Assembly (NCBI GenBank): GCA_002269645.1 | Contig: NIVC01000983.1 | Coordinates: 124,001-188,000, forward strand | DNA: 64,000 bases | From: Macrostomum lignano | Lineage: Eukaryota | Reading direction: 5' to 3' | In this document: positions 1 through 12,367 of the stretch, piece after piece | Layout: each line of letters begins with the position of its first letter | Position numbering within the stretch: the stretch's first letter is position 1 | The notes under the pieces: model-generated | The model's input: the letters and a program-made list of their open reading frames with translations, nothing else | Database searches by the model: none | What the model was told of the DNA's origin: nothing | Position numbers and translations under genes: made by a program

Positions 1-417
1 GCCTACTGACAGTAGGGGGAAAAGCGCATCGGAGCTAAATGTGCGGTTTAGTGGTCCTGGTACGCGTGTCATTACATCAGCAAGAAAGCTACATGTACCT
101 CAGTACCTTACGGTACATGTAGCCCAATAAAATGTAAGAGTACGAGCTACTATAGCTTACATTTTCAGAACTGCATCTCACCTACCGATCTGTACAGATG
201 TGATAATTACATGTACGGTCCATGATCAGCACACCAACTACAAGGAGCTGTTTTGTGACCCCAGATTCTCAAATCCTGCATGGCTATGCCAAATGACATT
301 TACGATAGTTCGCGAAGTCCTTTTTCTGTAATTTTTCTTTCGCAACGATTCATATATCCATGGAATTTTCTGAAGTTTCAAAAATCTGCCGTGCAAAATC
401 TGTAAAGCGTGATGTAG

Positions 418-795
418 CTAGTTAGTTAGAGTTAGAGGCTGTGTGCACCCTGGCGCACTTTAAGCGAAATGCGAAATGGTCACACAACCGGCGAGAGGCA
501 TTGCTGCCCATTCCGCCAACTCCCCTGAGCAGGCACACAAGCGCGCGGATACGTACGCAGTAACGCAGTCGTACGCAGGCACACACTCACACAGGAGTGT
601 ACAGCGGCCCTAACTTTATTTATCGTTAGGCATGTACACTTCACTGTGCCTTGGGGGTTGGCCTTAAAGCCGTTAATTGCACGAGCAGAGCCAAGCCGAG
701 ATTCCAATTTAGCCCCAAATTAATGTGACTGCACCTGGAATCGAGCCTGGGCCCTTGGCACATCAGAGCGACGCGCGAGACCACTAAAGCGCGAT
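418..795 (-). mobile_element. Possible tRNA-derived SINE
   Basis: Minus strand has an A-box-like GCGCTTTAGTGG (781-792) and a B-box-like GGCTCGATTCC (737-747) at tRNA spacing. A ~300-bp body follows and ends in a short (CTAA/TAAC)n tail near 418-440. No TSD found. Confidence 0.35.
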
Positions 796-1212
796 TTAAG
801 TTCTTAATTCTGAAGTTCAAGTTCTCCAGTACTCAAGTTCACTGTTTTGTAAACATTGAGCCAGTGAGAATCCACTTTTAGACTCCCGCGAAAGACTCTG
901 CAATGTCGCAACTTCATGAAATCCAGTTTCAACCAGCTAGTGCCTATCGTGCAAGAAGCCAACAGGTAGAGATGCACTTTATGGCTAAAAAATTCACAAG
1001 AAGACAGATGCTTCACAAGTCATCCCAAGCCTTCCGCGACTGTTTTTCCCCTCATTGTAACCCTAATTGGCCTATTGGCTAGATGGGCGCTCACGGTTCT
1101 TCAATGCTCACTGGGGCTTTCATGCTACATGCAGTCGAGTATTTACCCAGATCCGCTTAGAAACAATGGAGAGAATTTTGCCAATCCGCTTCAGCTCCCA
1201 CAAGGCAATCAT

Positions 1213-2279
1213 ATGGCGGCTCTCGCAGCCATCGCTACTCTGCTGCTGTACGCCCAGTTGTCGCCCGCTTCAGCGAATGGCTTCAGCGGCGGCTGCCAGG
1301 CCCAGCACTCAGTCCGCCCGCTGCACAGCGACTCCTGCGTGCCGGACGCCGACCTGCAGCATCAGCTGCGGCTGCCCAACGCGCAGCTCATGCCGGGCGC
1401 CTCCGATGCGGAGTCCTGCGCGCTGGCCTGCGCTCTCCGACCGAGCGCGTGCGCGGTCGCCCAGTTCCGCTTCGTGGCCCGGCTGTGTCACGTGACCGCG
1501 GAGCCGCCGCGACCGGCCAGCGAGGCCGAGGCGGCCGGCACGGCGAGCCGCGGCGACTGCGTGGCGACGCTGCTGAGACAGGGGGGGGGGGCGGAGATGC
1601 TCCGACCGCCTGGTCGCTCGCCTCCCGACTCAAAGTGTTCATCGACTTCCGCGTCTCCGAGTTGAACCTCGTCGCCGGGTCGGCGGGCTGGCCGGCGGCC
1701 GCTCAGCTCACTGGCGCCGCGTCTCGCAACTCCAGTGGCGCCTGGCTGCCCGGCCTGCAGACCGCCCACGTGCTGATGCGCCTGCCGCCTCCCGGCTACC
1801 AGGCGGTGGCCGCTGCCAGCCAGGAGTTCGCCTACTTCTTCAAGGTGCTGGCCGACCCGCCAGCATCGGCGAGCTCGCAGCGCCACTTCATGCGCATCCT
1901 GTCAGCCAGCGACGGCAGCCAGCTGAGCGCCTTTTTCTATACTGTGGGCGGCCGGGTCCGCTTCTCCAACCTGTTCACCCGGCCGAATCCGTTCGAGGCC
2001 GTCGCCGGTGTTGTCTACGCCGGCGAAAGGAGTCTCGCCTTCGGCGTGGCCTACTACAACTCCACGGGCAGCGCTCGGGTGTACTTTAACGGCACCCTGA
2101 TGAGTGCGACAACATTCACTCCGACAGATACGCTGAACGCCGCTGTCCAGTACGACGAGATCCGATTGGGCTACGCCGGTTCCGACTCGATGTGCCTCAT
2201 GGGCTATCTGGTGTGCTTCGCCATGGCGCCCGCGGCCCTGACTGGGGATGAGTTCCAGCAGCTTAGCGACAGGTGCTGA
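1213..2279 (+). CDS. Secreted protein: signal peptide + PAN/apple-like Cys domain + concanavalin A/LamG-like domain; frameshifted at a G11 run
   Basis: ATG 1213 MAALAAIATLLLYAQLSPASA (signal-like), then a C..CALAC......C.VAQF......C pattern typical of PAN/apple. Frame 1 switches to frame 3 at G11 (1581-1591); one extra G joins both halves into ~355 aa ending TGA 2277-2279. The C-terminal half is beta-rich (YFFKV, FFYTVGG, FGVAYYN, RVYFNG, IRLGY, GYLVCF) like LamG/pentraxin folds. Domain calls are by motif recall. Confidence 0.65.
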
Positions 2280-2347
2280 TATTTGCATAGCAACCATCAG
2301 TTGCCTGGCGCCCGGTTGCCTGGCTTCAACTGAACGAGCTTAAGATG

Positions 2348-2810
2348 GCTTAGTAGTATAGTAGCTTAGTAGTATAGTAGCTTAGTAGCATAGTAGCATA
2401 GTAGCTTAGTAGTATAGTAGCTTAGTAGTATAGTAGCTTAGTAGCATAGTAGCTTAGTAGTATAGTAGCTTAGTAGTATAGTAGATTAGTAGTATAGTAG
2501 TTTAGTTGTATAGTAGCTTAGTAGTATAGTAGCCTAGTAGTATAGTAGATTAGTAGTTTAGTAGTTTAGTTGTATAGTAGCTTAGTAGTATAGTAGCTTA
2601 GTAGTATAGTAGCTTAGTAGCATAGTAGCTTAGTAGTATAGTAGCTTAGTAGTATAGTAGCTTAGTAGTATAGTAGCTTAGTTGTAGTGTAGCTTAGTAG
2701 TATAGTAGCTAATAGTAGCTTAGTAGTTTAGTAGCTTAGTAGTTTAGTAGCTTAGTAGTATAGTAGCTTAGTAGTATACTAGCTTAGTAGTATAGTAGCT
2801 TAGTAGTATA
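2348..2810. repeat. 16-bp minisatellite (TAGTAGCTTAGTAGTA)n
   Basis: Direct tandem array with occasional variants. Confidence 0.95.
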
Positions 2811-3052
2811 TTATTTAAGTAGTCCAGTAGTCCATTTAAGTAGTGGATATTATTATCCATCGAAACATGCATAAAATTTAATAAACTTTTCACTGAGATA
2901 CTTTTCTGTCATAGCTACACTCTTTGAGGCAGTTTTAATAACTGGGAAAGAAAAGACATAATGTTTTTTTTAAATACTGTCTCTGCCAGACAAATTAATC
3001 TGTGCGATCTAAGCAAAATTCTATTTTCTTATATACTCGTATTTTTATATGA

Positions 3053-3412
3053 CAGTCAGTCAGTCAGTCAGTCAGTCAGTCAGTCAGTCAGTCAGTCAGT
3101 CAGTCAGTCAGTCAGTCAGTCAGTCAGTCAGTCAGTCAGTCAGTCAGTCAGTCAGTCAGTCAGTCAGTCAGTCAGTCAGTCAGTCAGTCAGTCAGTCAGT
3201 CAGTCAGTCAGTCAGTCAGTCAGTCAGTCAGTCAGTCAGTCAGTCAGTCAGTCAGTCAGTCAGTCAGTCAGTCAGTCAGTCAGTCAGTCAGTCAGTCAGT
3301 CAGTCAGTCAGTCAGTCAGTCAGTCAGTCAGTCAGTCAGTCAGTCAGTCAGTCAGTCAGTCAGTCAGTCAGTCAGTCAGTCAGTCAGTCAGTCAGTCAGT
3401 CAGTCAGTCAGT
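3053..3412. repeat. (CAGT)90 microsatellite
   Basis: Perfect tetranucleotide array of 360 bp. Confidence 0.99.
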
Positions 3413-3884
3413 ATTTTGAGAAAGTGAGAGTTGTTTTTATTAAATCGATTACAATATGCCATTGCATACTCAGCACTCAGCAAAAAGAGTAAAAAACAAT
3501 AAACGCGCATAAGGAACTCATGTAATTTTTCCCAACTACCTGTCACCGCAGCGGATAGCACATAATATATACGGTAAACATTGGGCTTGCCCTAATGAGT
3601 AAAAGGTATTAAAATATTCAAAGTAAACAGGTGGCAGATGTGGGTGCAGGCAGCAGGCGGAGAAGGTGCTTTAGAATAATCAGCTAATAGGCTAACAGTT
3701 ACAGAGCTTATTTGAGGCTACTGTTGTTTGTGATGCGGCCAGCCCTTTCTCATGGAGCCCAGCGGGGATTCAAAGGGTAGCTATTGTAGTATTTATGTCA
3801 CAGTTATTTAGACTCCCTCTGTTTCTGTAAAGAACTTGCCGTAGAATTAATGTTTTCAAACGTCTTTTCAGAAACTAAAGTGCC

Positions 3885-4625
3885 CAGGGCGCCCTTTGTG
3901 CTGGCGCCCCTGGTGCTGGCGCCCCTGGTGCTGGCGCCCGTGGTGCTAAAGCCCCTGGTGCTAAAGCCCCTGGTGCTAAAGCCCCTCGTGCTAAAGCCCC
4001 TGGTGCTAAAGCCCCTGGTGCTAAAGCCCCTGGTGCTAAAGCCCCTGGTGCTAAAGCCCCTGGTGCTAAAGCCCCTGGTGCTAAAGCCCCTGGTGCTAAA
4101 GCCCCTGGTGCTAAAGCCCCTGGTGCTAAAGCCCCTGGTGCTAAAGCCCCTGGTGCTAAAGCCCCTGGTGCTAAAGCCCCTGGTGCTAAAGCCCCTGGTG
4201 CTAAAGCCCCTGGTGCTAAAGCCCCTGGTGCTAAAGCCCCTGGTGCTAAAGCCCCTGGTGCTAAAGCCCCTGGTGCTAAAGCCCCTGGTGCTAAAGCCCC
4301 TGGTGCTAAAGCCCCTGGTGCTAAAGCCCCTGGTGCTAAAGCCCCTGGTGCTAAAGCCCCTGGTGCTAAAGCCCCTGGTGCTAAAGCCCCTGGTGCTAAA
4401 GCCCCTGGTGCTAAAGCCCCTGGTGCTAAAGCCCCTGGTGCTAAAGCCCCTGGTGCTAAAGCCCCTGGTGCTAAAGCCCCTGGTGCTAAAGCCCCTGGTG
4501 CTAAAGCCCCTGGTGCTAAAGCCCCTGGTGCTAAAGCCCCTGGTGCTAAAGCCCCTGGTGCTAAAGCCCCTGGTGCTAAAGCCCCTGGTGCTAAAGCCCC
4601 TGGTGCTAAAGCCCCTGATGCTAGC
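3885..4625. repeat. 15-bp minisatellite (GCCCCTGGTGCTAAA)n just 3' of the Nav1 stop
   Basis: About 45 near-perfect units with degenerate GC-richer units at the left edge. Confidence 0.98.
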
Positions 4626-4758
4626 GCTCATGGCGCCAACGCCAGGCCCAGGCCAGACCCTTGCTACGCCGCTGTTCCCCAAGTTTTTTCGCATTTTGCG
4701 AAGCAAGCAAAAATATTGACATATTGCAAAGATTACAAATAGTATAGCGTTGGTTATT

Positions 4759-7700
4759 TTATTCTTTCTCTTCGATTTCAATTTTCTCTCGCCGCCAGTG
4801 GCGCCAGTAGCGCAGTATGACTCGCGCCGCGGCGACCTGGCGCTGGAGCTCGGCTGTATTTGTAATCACGACTCGCTCGGACTTGGCCTTGCCGGCCGGC
4901 CGCATTTCGGACAGCGCCTCCTCGGCCTCGTCCCCGGTGCCAAGGAAGTTCTTGGTGAGCGCGTCCAGCAGGTCAACGCAGTAGACAGTGTCGCCTTCGC
5001 AGATTGGGACGCAAAGGCTGGCCAGTTTGATCTTGTTCGGAGCCGGGATCTGCGAAGGGAGCGATGCGGCTGGAGTTTGTGTAATCGGGATATTTTTTTC
5101 ACTACCCGCGATTCGAAGTTTTACACGGACTACTTGGAGTAGAAAGTTGGGGACGTGGAGATCGAAGTGAAGTCAAGCACTATTTGAATCGAATAGAGAT
5201 AGGTTGGACCATAGACAACACGACACCATTTCTCTGACTGAGAAACCTCACTGAGAGACAAGCAAAGTTAGAGCCGGACGTCCAGGAGTGCATAGATGTT
5301 TAAAGTATTTTAAATGAGTTGATTAACATCAGAGCTCCAAGTCTCTGTGCGATGTAAAGATTCTTGAACGCTAACGAGTGCGTCATTGACAAAAGTACAA
5401 GTGCGCGAGTCCCTTTTAGCCATAGACGCACAAATCAGCGTTCATGAATCCCAACTTAAAAAGAGATTTTGCCGTAGACGAAATCAATTGTGCGTTTAAG
5501 TATCAAATAGAAGGCATTACTTGTCTAATTCTAGGCAATCGTGCATGATTGATCTTTAAAGTCGAATTTCAAAGTCATAAATCTGTATGTTGTCTATGGC
5601 CTAAACGTGCGATATTTATTCTTTAGGTTTTCAATTTGACCCTAAAGTTTTCTAACTTATCATAACAAAAGCTGTATATAAACACGTATCAGTGCGTGTG
5701 ATGAGAACTAAACTGCCCAGATTTGAAGTGCTTGATGTATCCTTGTATTGACTTTTGAGTTTCTCACCCCACTTGCGCACACTAGCCAATATCCCTACTA
5801 CTCGCCTACCTGCAGAGGCGGGTCCAGCTCGTCCAAAAGAATGTAGACATCTCTCAACTGGATAAATCCCTCGCCTTCAGGTCGTACTTTTCCCACTTTT
5901 CGTAGAACAGATCGAAGTCCTCCTGCGTCAGACCCTCCTGCACGTCCTCCGTGGCCTGGCTGAAGTTCTCCAGGATCACGGCGATGTACATGTTGATGAT
6001 GACTAGGAAGCTGATCACTAGGTAGGAGATGAGGAAAACCACCGCGATAGCGTAGTTGCCGCAGTCGCTGTGCGGCTTCTTGTTCGGGTTGCACATCGGC
6101 GGCTCTTCGTTCATCAGGCCGTCAAGCACGCCGTCCCAGCCAGCTGACGTGCTCATCTGGAACAGCACGATCATCGCGCTGGGAAAGGTCTCGAAGTTGA
6201 AGATCTGATCGATGCCGTTGTGATGCCGGACGTGGCTGAAGAAGGACAGGCCGACGATGCTGTAGATGAACATCACCATGAGCAGCAGGATGCCGATGTT
6301 GAACAGAGCCGGTAGGGACACGAACAGCGAGAACAGCAGCGTCCGGATTCCGCGGGCTGACTTCACCAGCCGGAGGACGCGGCCGACGCGGAAAACGCGA
6401 ACGACTCGAATCATAGTGGGCGGCACCGGCAGCACGTACATGATGTCCTCCATGGCCCAGGTGAGCACGCTCAGCACCACAATGATAAAGTCGAATACGT
6501 TCCAAGCGAATTTGAAGTAGTGCCACCGCTGGGCGAGGAGCTTGAACACGGCCTCACCTGTGAACAGGACGATGAAGAAGCGATTCACCTGGTTGACCGC
6601 GTTGCTGAACGAAGCCGACTGGTTGTGATGCTCCACGCACATCACCACCGTGTTGAGCATGATGAAGGACATGATCACTATATCGAATTTTTGATTGCTG
6701 GTTATAACAAAGAAAAATTTAGAGATTTTCAGCTTCGGCTTCGGGATCGGCTTCTGTGGCGAGACGCTGCTCATCTTTTTCATCGCCTTGTAGTATTTCT
6801 TCTGGTCATCCGTCATGAACATCTCCAGCGAGCCGCCGGCGCGTTTCTTCTGCATGTTGAAGTTGTCGATGATGACGCCGATGAACAGGTTGAGGGTGAA
6901 GAAGGAGCCGAAAATGATGAAGAGTACAAAGAAGAAGTACATCGGCGTGTTGGCGTCGCGAGCTGGCTGCTTGCCGACTCCTGCGGTGAGCAGAAGAGAG
7001 TGCCTTGTAGGTTGTCAAGTTTCTGCTGACAAACAGCGTAAATAAACAGAAAAGTGCGGAGTTTTTTTTACTATTTTGCGTCCTAAACTGCTGCTATTAC
7101 TGCTTCAGTCTGCACTAATTGCTACATTTGTTTGACGAGCACTCAGATTGCCTGACTATTGCATAAATGGCCTTCCAAATGATAACACTATAGTGAAGTT
7201 TGATGCAGTACTGAACCAGCACTCTAAGCCAATCATAGTAGAAGTTCTTATCTGGAGTTTTTTGTCGAGACTGACAGGAAGAGCCCCGATTCTATCTCTA
7301 AATGGCTTGCCAAACTCCGCAGTTACATCGTTATATCAAATGAGGCATCAAATCGTTTCACTGACCTACACGAGAGACGAAAAAAATGAATGATCATCAC
7401 ATACATTTGAGCCACATCTGCGATATTGCTGCCTTCAAGATGCCTTGGGGGCCTACGTACTTAATATCATAGATATTCTGAGGAGGATTGCACCAACCTG
7501 TTGTATCCACAGCGTCAGCGATAACCAATGTCCATCCTTTATAGGTAGAGATCTGAAACAGGGCCAGGTAGCCATTCAACACGTTGTCAAAGTTGATTCT
7601 GGAGTTCACCCAGGACACGTTGTCAAAGGCCTGGCGCATCCGCTCGCAGGACTCGACGTCGGGCACCACCTCCGGCAGTAGCCGCTCGCCAGTCTCCTTG

Positions 7701-10700
7701 CTGATGCACTTGAAGAACTGGCCGCCGAACAGCTGCACGCCCATGATGCTGAAGATGAGCCAAAACACCAGGCACACGAGCAGCACGTTGAAGATGGACG
7801 GGATGGCTTGGATCAGGGCGTTCACCACCACGCGCATGCCCTCCCAGCGGCTGACCGCGCGCAACGGCCTCAGCGCCCGCAGAGTTCGCATGGCCTTGAA
7901 AGCCCCCATACTCTGGCCGGCCTCGCCGCCCAGCGAGTTCAGCACCAGGCTGATGACTGCCACATTCACGATGACGAAGTCTAGCCAGCACCAGGCGTCG
8001 CTAAAGTACTTCTTCATGCCAAATGCGAACCATTTTACCAGCATCTCGAAAGCAAAGATGATAGTGAAGCACTTGTCCATGTATTCCAGCGTCAGCTTAA
8101 GCTTTGGCCTGCGCGGCAGATTCACGTCCTCGAGAGTTAGCGTTAGGCTGCTGATGGCAATCAGCGCGATGATGAATGTCTCAAAGTAGCGGTGCTCAAC
8201 TAGTCGGTAGGCCCGGCAGCGCAGGCCCCACCAGAAGCGGCCAAACGCGGTTGAATCGCAGAGTCGCGCAGCGCAAGGAGCAAACAGCTTTGCCAATTTT
8301 GCTGGCAAGCAGTCCTCCGGTGTGTCCCAGTAGAGCACCTCCACTTCAGTCACCTCTGGCTCCTTATAAAAATCTGGTATCTCCGGTGGGGGAGGTGGTG
8401 TGATTTGCACTGCTGCCTTTGGATCGTCTGTCGCTGGCTGGCTGCGCTCCCCTAGAAGCAGATGATTTACACCAGAGAGGCCAAAGTTTTCTATCACCAA
8501 AGCACCGTGACGCGTTAGGGGCGACTGACCACTGCCAAGGGACAGCTCAGGATTGCTGCCTCCCATGCAGCCGCGATGTCCTTTTCCGTTGTCCGCCTTG
8601 CCTTCTTCACCATCGACTCCGTTTTCTTCTTCGAACAGATCGCTGTCCGGCACCGGGCGAGCCCAGAGACGACGCTTCAGGCCGCCGAATAGCCTTGAAC
8701 CGAGGCTCTTCAGCTTCAGTTTGGACCAGACAATGAAGCGATTGATTCTGTCGATGGCCTGCTGCAGCTTGTTGACCTCTTCCTCTTCTTCCTCGCGACG
8801 CTGGAGACTCTCAGAGCCGAAGCTGCTGAGTAGCAGAGCCAAGAACAAGCTCAGCACCACGAGCCCGGCAATCACCTGCGTCAGCAGGAAAAACGGTACG
8901 CAAACGAAGCCATTAAGACGCATGCAGTCCCACATGCTCTCGATCCACTCGCCACAGAGCACCCGGAACACAATCATGAAACTGTGCGTGAAGTCCACAA
9001 AGTTCCATCGTGGATAGTAGCCGTTGTACTCCGGATACAGTGTGACGTTCTTGTAGGCATTGTAGCTCTCGCCGAATAATTGCATGCCTACTACGGCGAA
9101 AATGAATATCACAATGCCCAGAACAAACACCAGGTTTCCAAGAGCTCCCATGGTCCGGGCAATGATGGCGAACAGCAGGTTCATGGTCTGCCAGGACTTG
9201 GCCAGCTTGAACACTCGCAACAGACGGAAGGCTCGCAGGATCGACAAGCCCTGCACATTTTGCAGCGGCAGCTCAACCAAGCTCAGCAGCACAATGGAGA
9301 AATCGAATATGTTCCAGCCGTCGAGAAAGTACACCGCCGGCCGCATACCAATGAGCTTGGAAAACGCCTCGATGGCGAAGGTGGCAGTGAAGAATAGGTT
9401 AGCGTGACTGAGAAACTCCTTGAACGACTGAGAGTTGGCTGGGACGTCCAGAGCCATAAACAGCGTGTTAACTAGGATACAAATTGTAATGAAAAGCTCA
9501 ACAAATGGATCTAAAATGAATAGGTTGACGTACTTTTCAACAACCTTCCAACAGTAGCAGCACTCCCAGCTATAGCACAGCTTCTCAAGCATCACGCGCT
9601 TCCAATACTGAAACTTCTTTTCCTTTGGCGCGTCTTCATGGGCGGCAGCGACAGCGACGGCTTCGATGTCTTCAGGCATCGAGTCGGCATGATGACAACG
9701 GCACTTGTCGCAGTCAGCATTCTTGTCATCTGCAGTTATGACGTTATCTCTGTCATCGTAGACTTTCTCCTTTTCAGTACTGGGTGCGTTGCAAATGATG
9801 TCATATTTCAACAGCTTCTCCGCTGCTCTGCGTGCCAGCGGCGTTCGCATAGGGGACATCAGCGCCGCTGCGGTAGCTGCCGCGTCCGGCGTCTGCGCGT
9901 TGGAGTCGTCAACAAAGGGAAAAACGGCCTCCTGCGGCGCGCAGTGGCTGCAGGATGAAGCAGCACCGGCTTCCTGGAGGTTTCCCAACGAAAGAGACGT
10001 CGGCGATTGAAGCATCGGCTCAGCGGCAGCTTCGGCCTCCGCATCGGCCTCGGCCTCGCGCCGTTCGTCTTCTTCTTTTCGTGCGGCAACCTCAGCCTCT
10101 TCGTCGAGGATGTCCTGCATTCGCACTTCGTCGTAGGCCATGGCCACAATCGCTAGGATGACATTCATCAGGAAGAATGAACCCAGCATGATGACGAGAA
10201 CAAAGAAGAAAAAATGAGGTGTACCGTTGGCTCGAATCACGATCTGGTAGAGATTTTCCCAGTAGTCTTGTGTCATCAGGCGAAAGGCACAGAGCATAGC
10301 CCAGCCGAAGTTATCAAATTTAGTGTAGCCAAAGTTCGGATTCGCTTCGTCTGTGGTAAAGCACTGATAGCCCTGTGGGCAGGGCTGGCCTAGGCTCGAG
10401 TAGCTGCAGATGAGCATGTCCGGATGCCAGTTGCTGCGATTGTTGCCGTGCAAGTCCAGCTCCTGCTCTTTTATCTGCTCCAGAGTGCCCGCGTCCATCA
10501 CGGACTCGTTATAGCCGCGCGCTTCAAGAGCAGCGGTGAAGTTGAACTCCAGTACGCACTTCTGCAGCAGCGTTCCTTTGTACATTTGCAGGCCGATGAG
10601 CGCAAAAATGCTCAGCACAAAGATTGTGAGTATGCCTACATCGCGGAGACGTTTCACAGCCTCCATGAGAGCGCCAACGATAGTCTTGAGACCGGGCACC

Positions 10701-11482
10701 GTGGTGACAGTCTTCAGTGCGCGTAACACTCGCAGAGATCGCAGCGCGCTCAGATTACCCAGAGTCGGAATGAAGAACATCAGGTACGCGAGGCCGATCA
10801 CAATGAAATCTAGCCAGTTCCAGGCGTCTCTCAGGTAAGTAAATTCGCTCAGGATGAGACCGCGCGATACCGCTTTGATGGTCGCCTCGGTGGTGTAGAT
10901 GGCCGTGAAAGTGTACTCCACTATCTCAGAGCTGCTGTTTCTGGCCATGAAGACGCAGTTGCAGATGATGGCCAGAAGCACCAGCAGGGAGAAGGCCGGG
11001 TGCGTCAGCACGAAGATCGCCCCTCTGCGCACCGGGTTGAAGGGCGACAGGACGAACAGTGCGTTGGTTGCTGAGAACCGGAAGATGGTCTTGTCCTTGG
11101 CGATCACAACAAAAGTCATCTTGTCCGCGTAGAATTCGTCAATATCTTCCAGAGGAATTCCGCTCAGCTTCTTTACCGGAAAAATATCCGACATCGATGG
11201 CGGCAGCTTCATCCCGGCTTCCAGCTTCGCGTTCGGCCGACGCTCCTCAGACGACCCCGGCTGGTGGGGATGCTGCTGGTGCTGCTGCTGAGGCCCGAGC
11301 CCGGCGGTCGCGTTGCCAGCCTCGGCTGCAGCGAGCGGCGTGGCGGAGTTGGGAAACGCTGAGGCGTGATGCGCCCCAAGCGCCTGGCCAAGGAAGCTGA
11401 GCTCCTCCTGTCGACGTCGGATCTTGGCCAGAGACTCTGGCACAAACTGACGAAACACGCCGGGCTGGGGCGCTGATGCCAT
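4759..11482 (-). CDS. Nav1: Voltage-gated sodium channel alpha subunit, Nav1/para type (DEKA filter); exons 11482-7498, 6980-5811, 5049-4759
   Basis: Four homologous domains with S4 R/K-x-x repeats. P-loops MTQDYWE / LCGEWIE / STYKGWT / STSAGWD give DEKA. Invertebrate inactivation motif GGSLEMFMTDDQKKYY. C-terminal PLQ|IPAPNKIKL..PICEGDTVYCVDLLDALTK and IQ-like AAARVILRYWR. Junctions: ACAG/GTTGGT (7498), CCGCAG/GA (6980), CTGCAG/GTAGGC (5811), TTCGCAG/ATC (5049). One C is missing at 5880-5881 (GACCTG vs GACCCTG). Confidence 0.97.
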
Positions 11483-12367
11483 GACGACAAATTATTTTAC
11501 AGGTTTATTCCCAGTAATCTTTTGCAGACAGTTTCTGATAGTCTAACACTTAATTTCTCGAACTCTACCGAGTTGCGGCGCCATTTGAACCGCTGCGGCG
11601 TCGCAAGTTTCCGGGCGAGTCCCAGCGGGCCAATGGCGAGCAACGCGTCAGCCTCTCAGGGCAGGGAGAGGCGGTTCAGCTCGGAGCGGCTTGACGGACG
11701 TTGGAGTATTGCAAATTTGCAGCAGGGCGTGGTGCAAATTTTCCCGCCGACTATGAAAATTGACTACTGAGGCTCCAATTAGAAATTTAATCTGCGACAG
11801 AAGCGACTAGCAGGAATTGGTGAGCAGTTTGCTAGAATCAATTTTCAGCGGCACGCGCTGTTACTCTGGAGTCGCTCCCCGGAGACGGCGAGGGCTCCGA
11901 CAAGGAGACAGTCTGTCTAAATTGCCTCGGGGGTTCTGGTCTCTCTGGCGAAGTGCAGATCGTCACCTCGGCTATCCTTAATTGTGGAGTCAAAAGTGTT
12001 CTACGAAATTCAAACGAACTCTCCATCTTTCAATAAAGATGCTTGTAGATTGCGTTTATCCCAAAAAATCATAAGAACTCTCTGTCTCTTTTACATCGTA
12101 TCTTTTGGTCCAGCTATGCGATGTGCCGCTTGAAAGCATCTGCTGAGTGCGTGCGAAATAGATAAGGATGAATTAACTGCGTTAAAGTAGTCACGGCGTT
12201 GAAGTCAGTGAAGTCACCACCGATTTAACTGGTATAGTCAGTGTTCAAGACGGGGCAATAGTCCGACACTTCAGAATTAGATCATTTTGGAATCCCTGCC
12301 AATGCAAGATCAGCATCTGCGCTTAAAACAAATGATGGATGATCACAGACAACCCAAAGTCTGGCAC

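Noticed and set aside
2961-4781. ORFs (SQSV)n, (KPLVL)n and (RGFST)n
   Set aside because: They are translations of perfect micro/minisatellites that lack stops by unit composition.
5209-5599. 12-bp inverted pair CCATAGACAACA in Nav1 intron 2
   Set aside because: No TSD and no second copy in the window, so it cannot be supported as a MITE.
5798-12026. Many short antisense and alternate-frame ORFs over Nav1
   Set aside because: They are shadows of GC-rich coding sequence. Only the 3' part of 5798-6094 is real, as the post-frameshift Nav1 frame.
12243-12257. GTTCAAGACGGG resembling a 28S primer site in reverse
   Set aside because: Too short; expected by chance.
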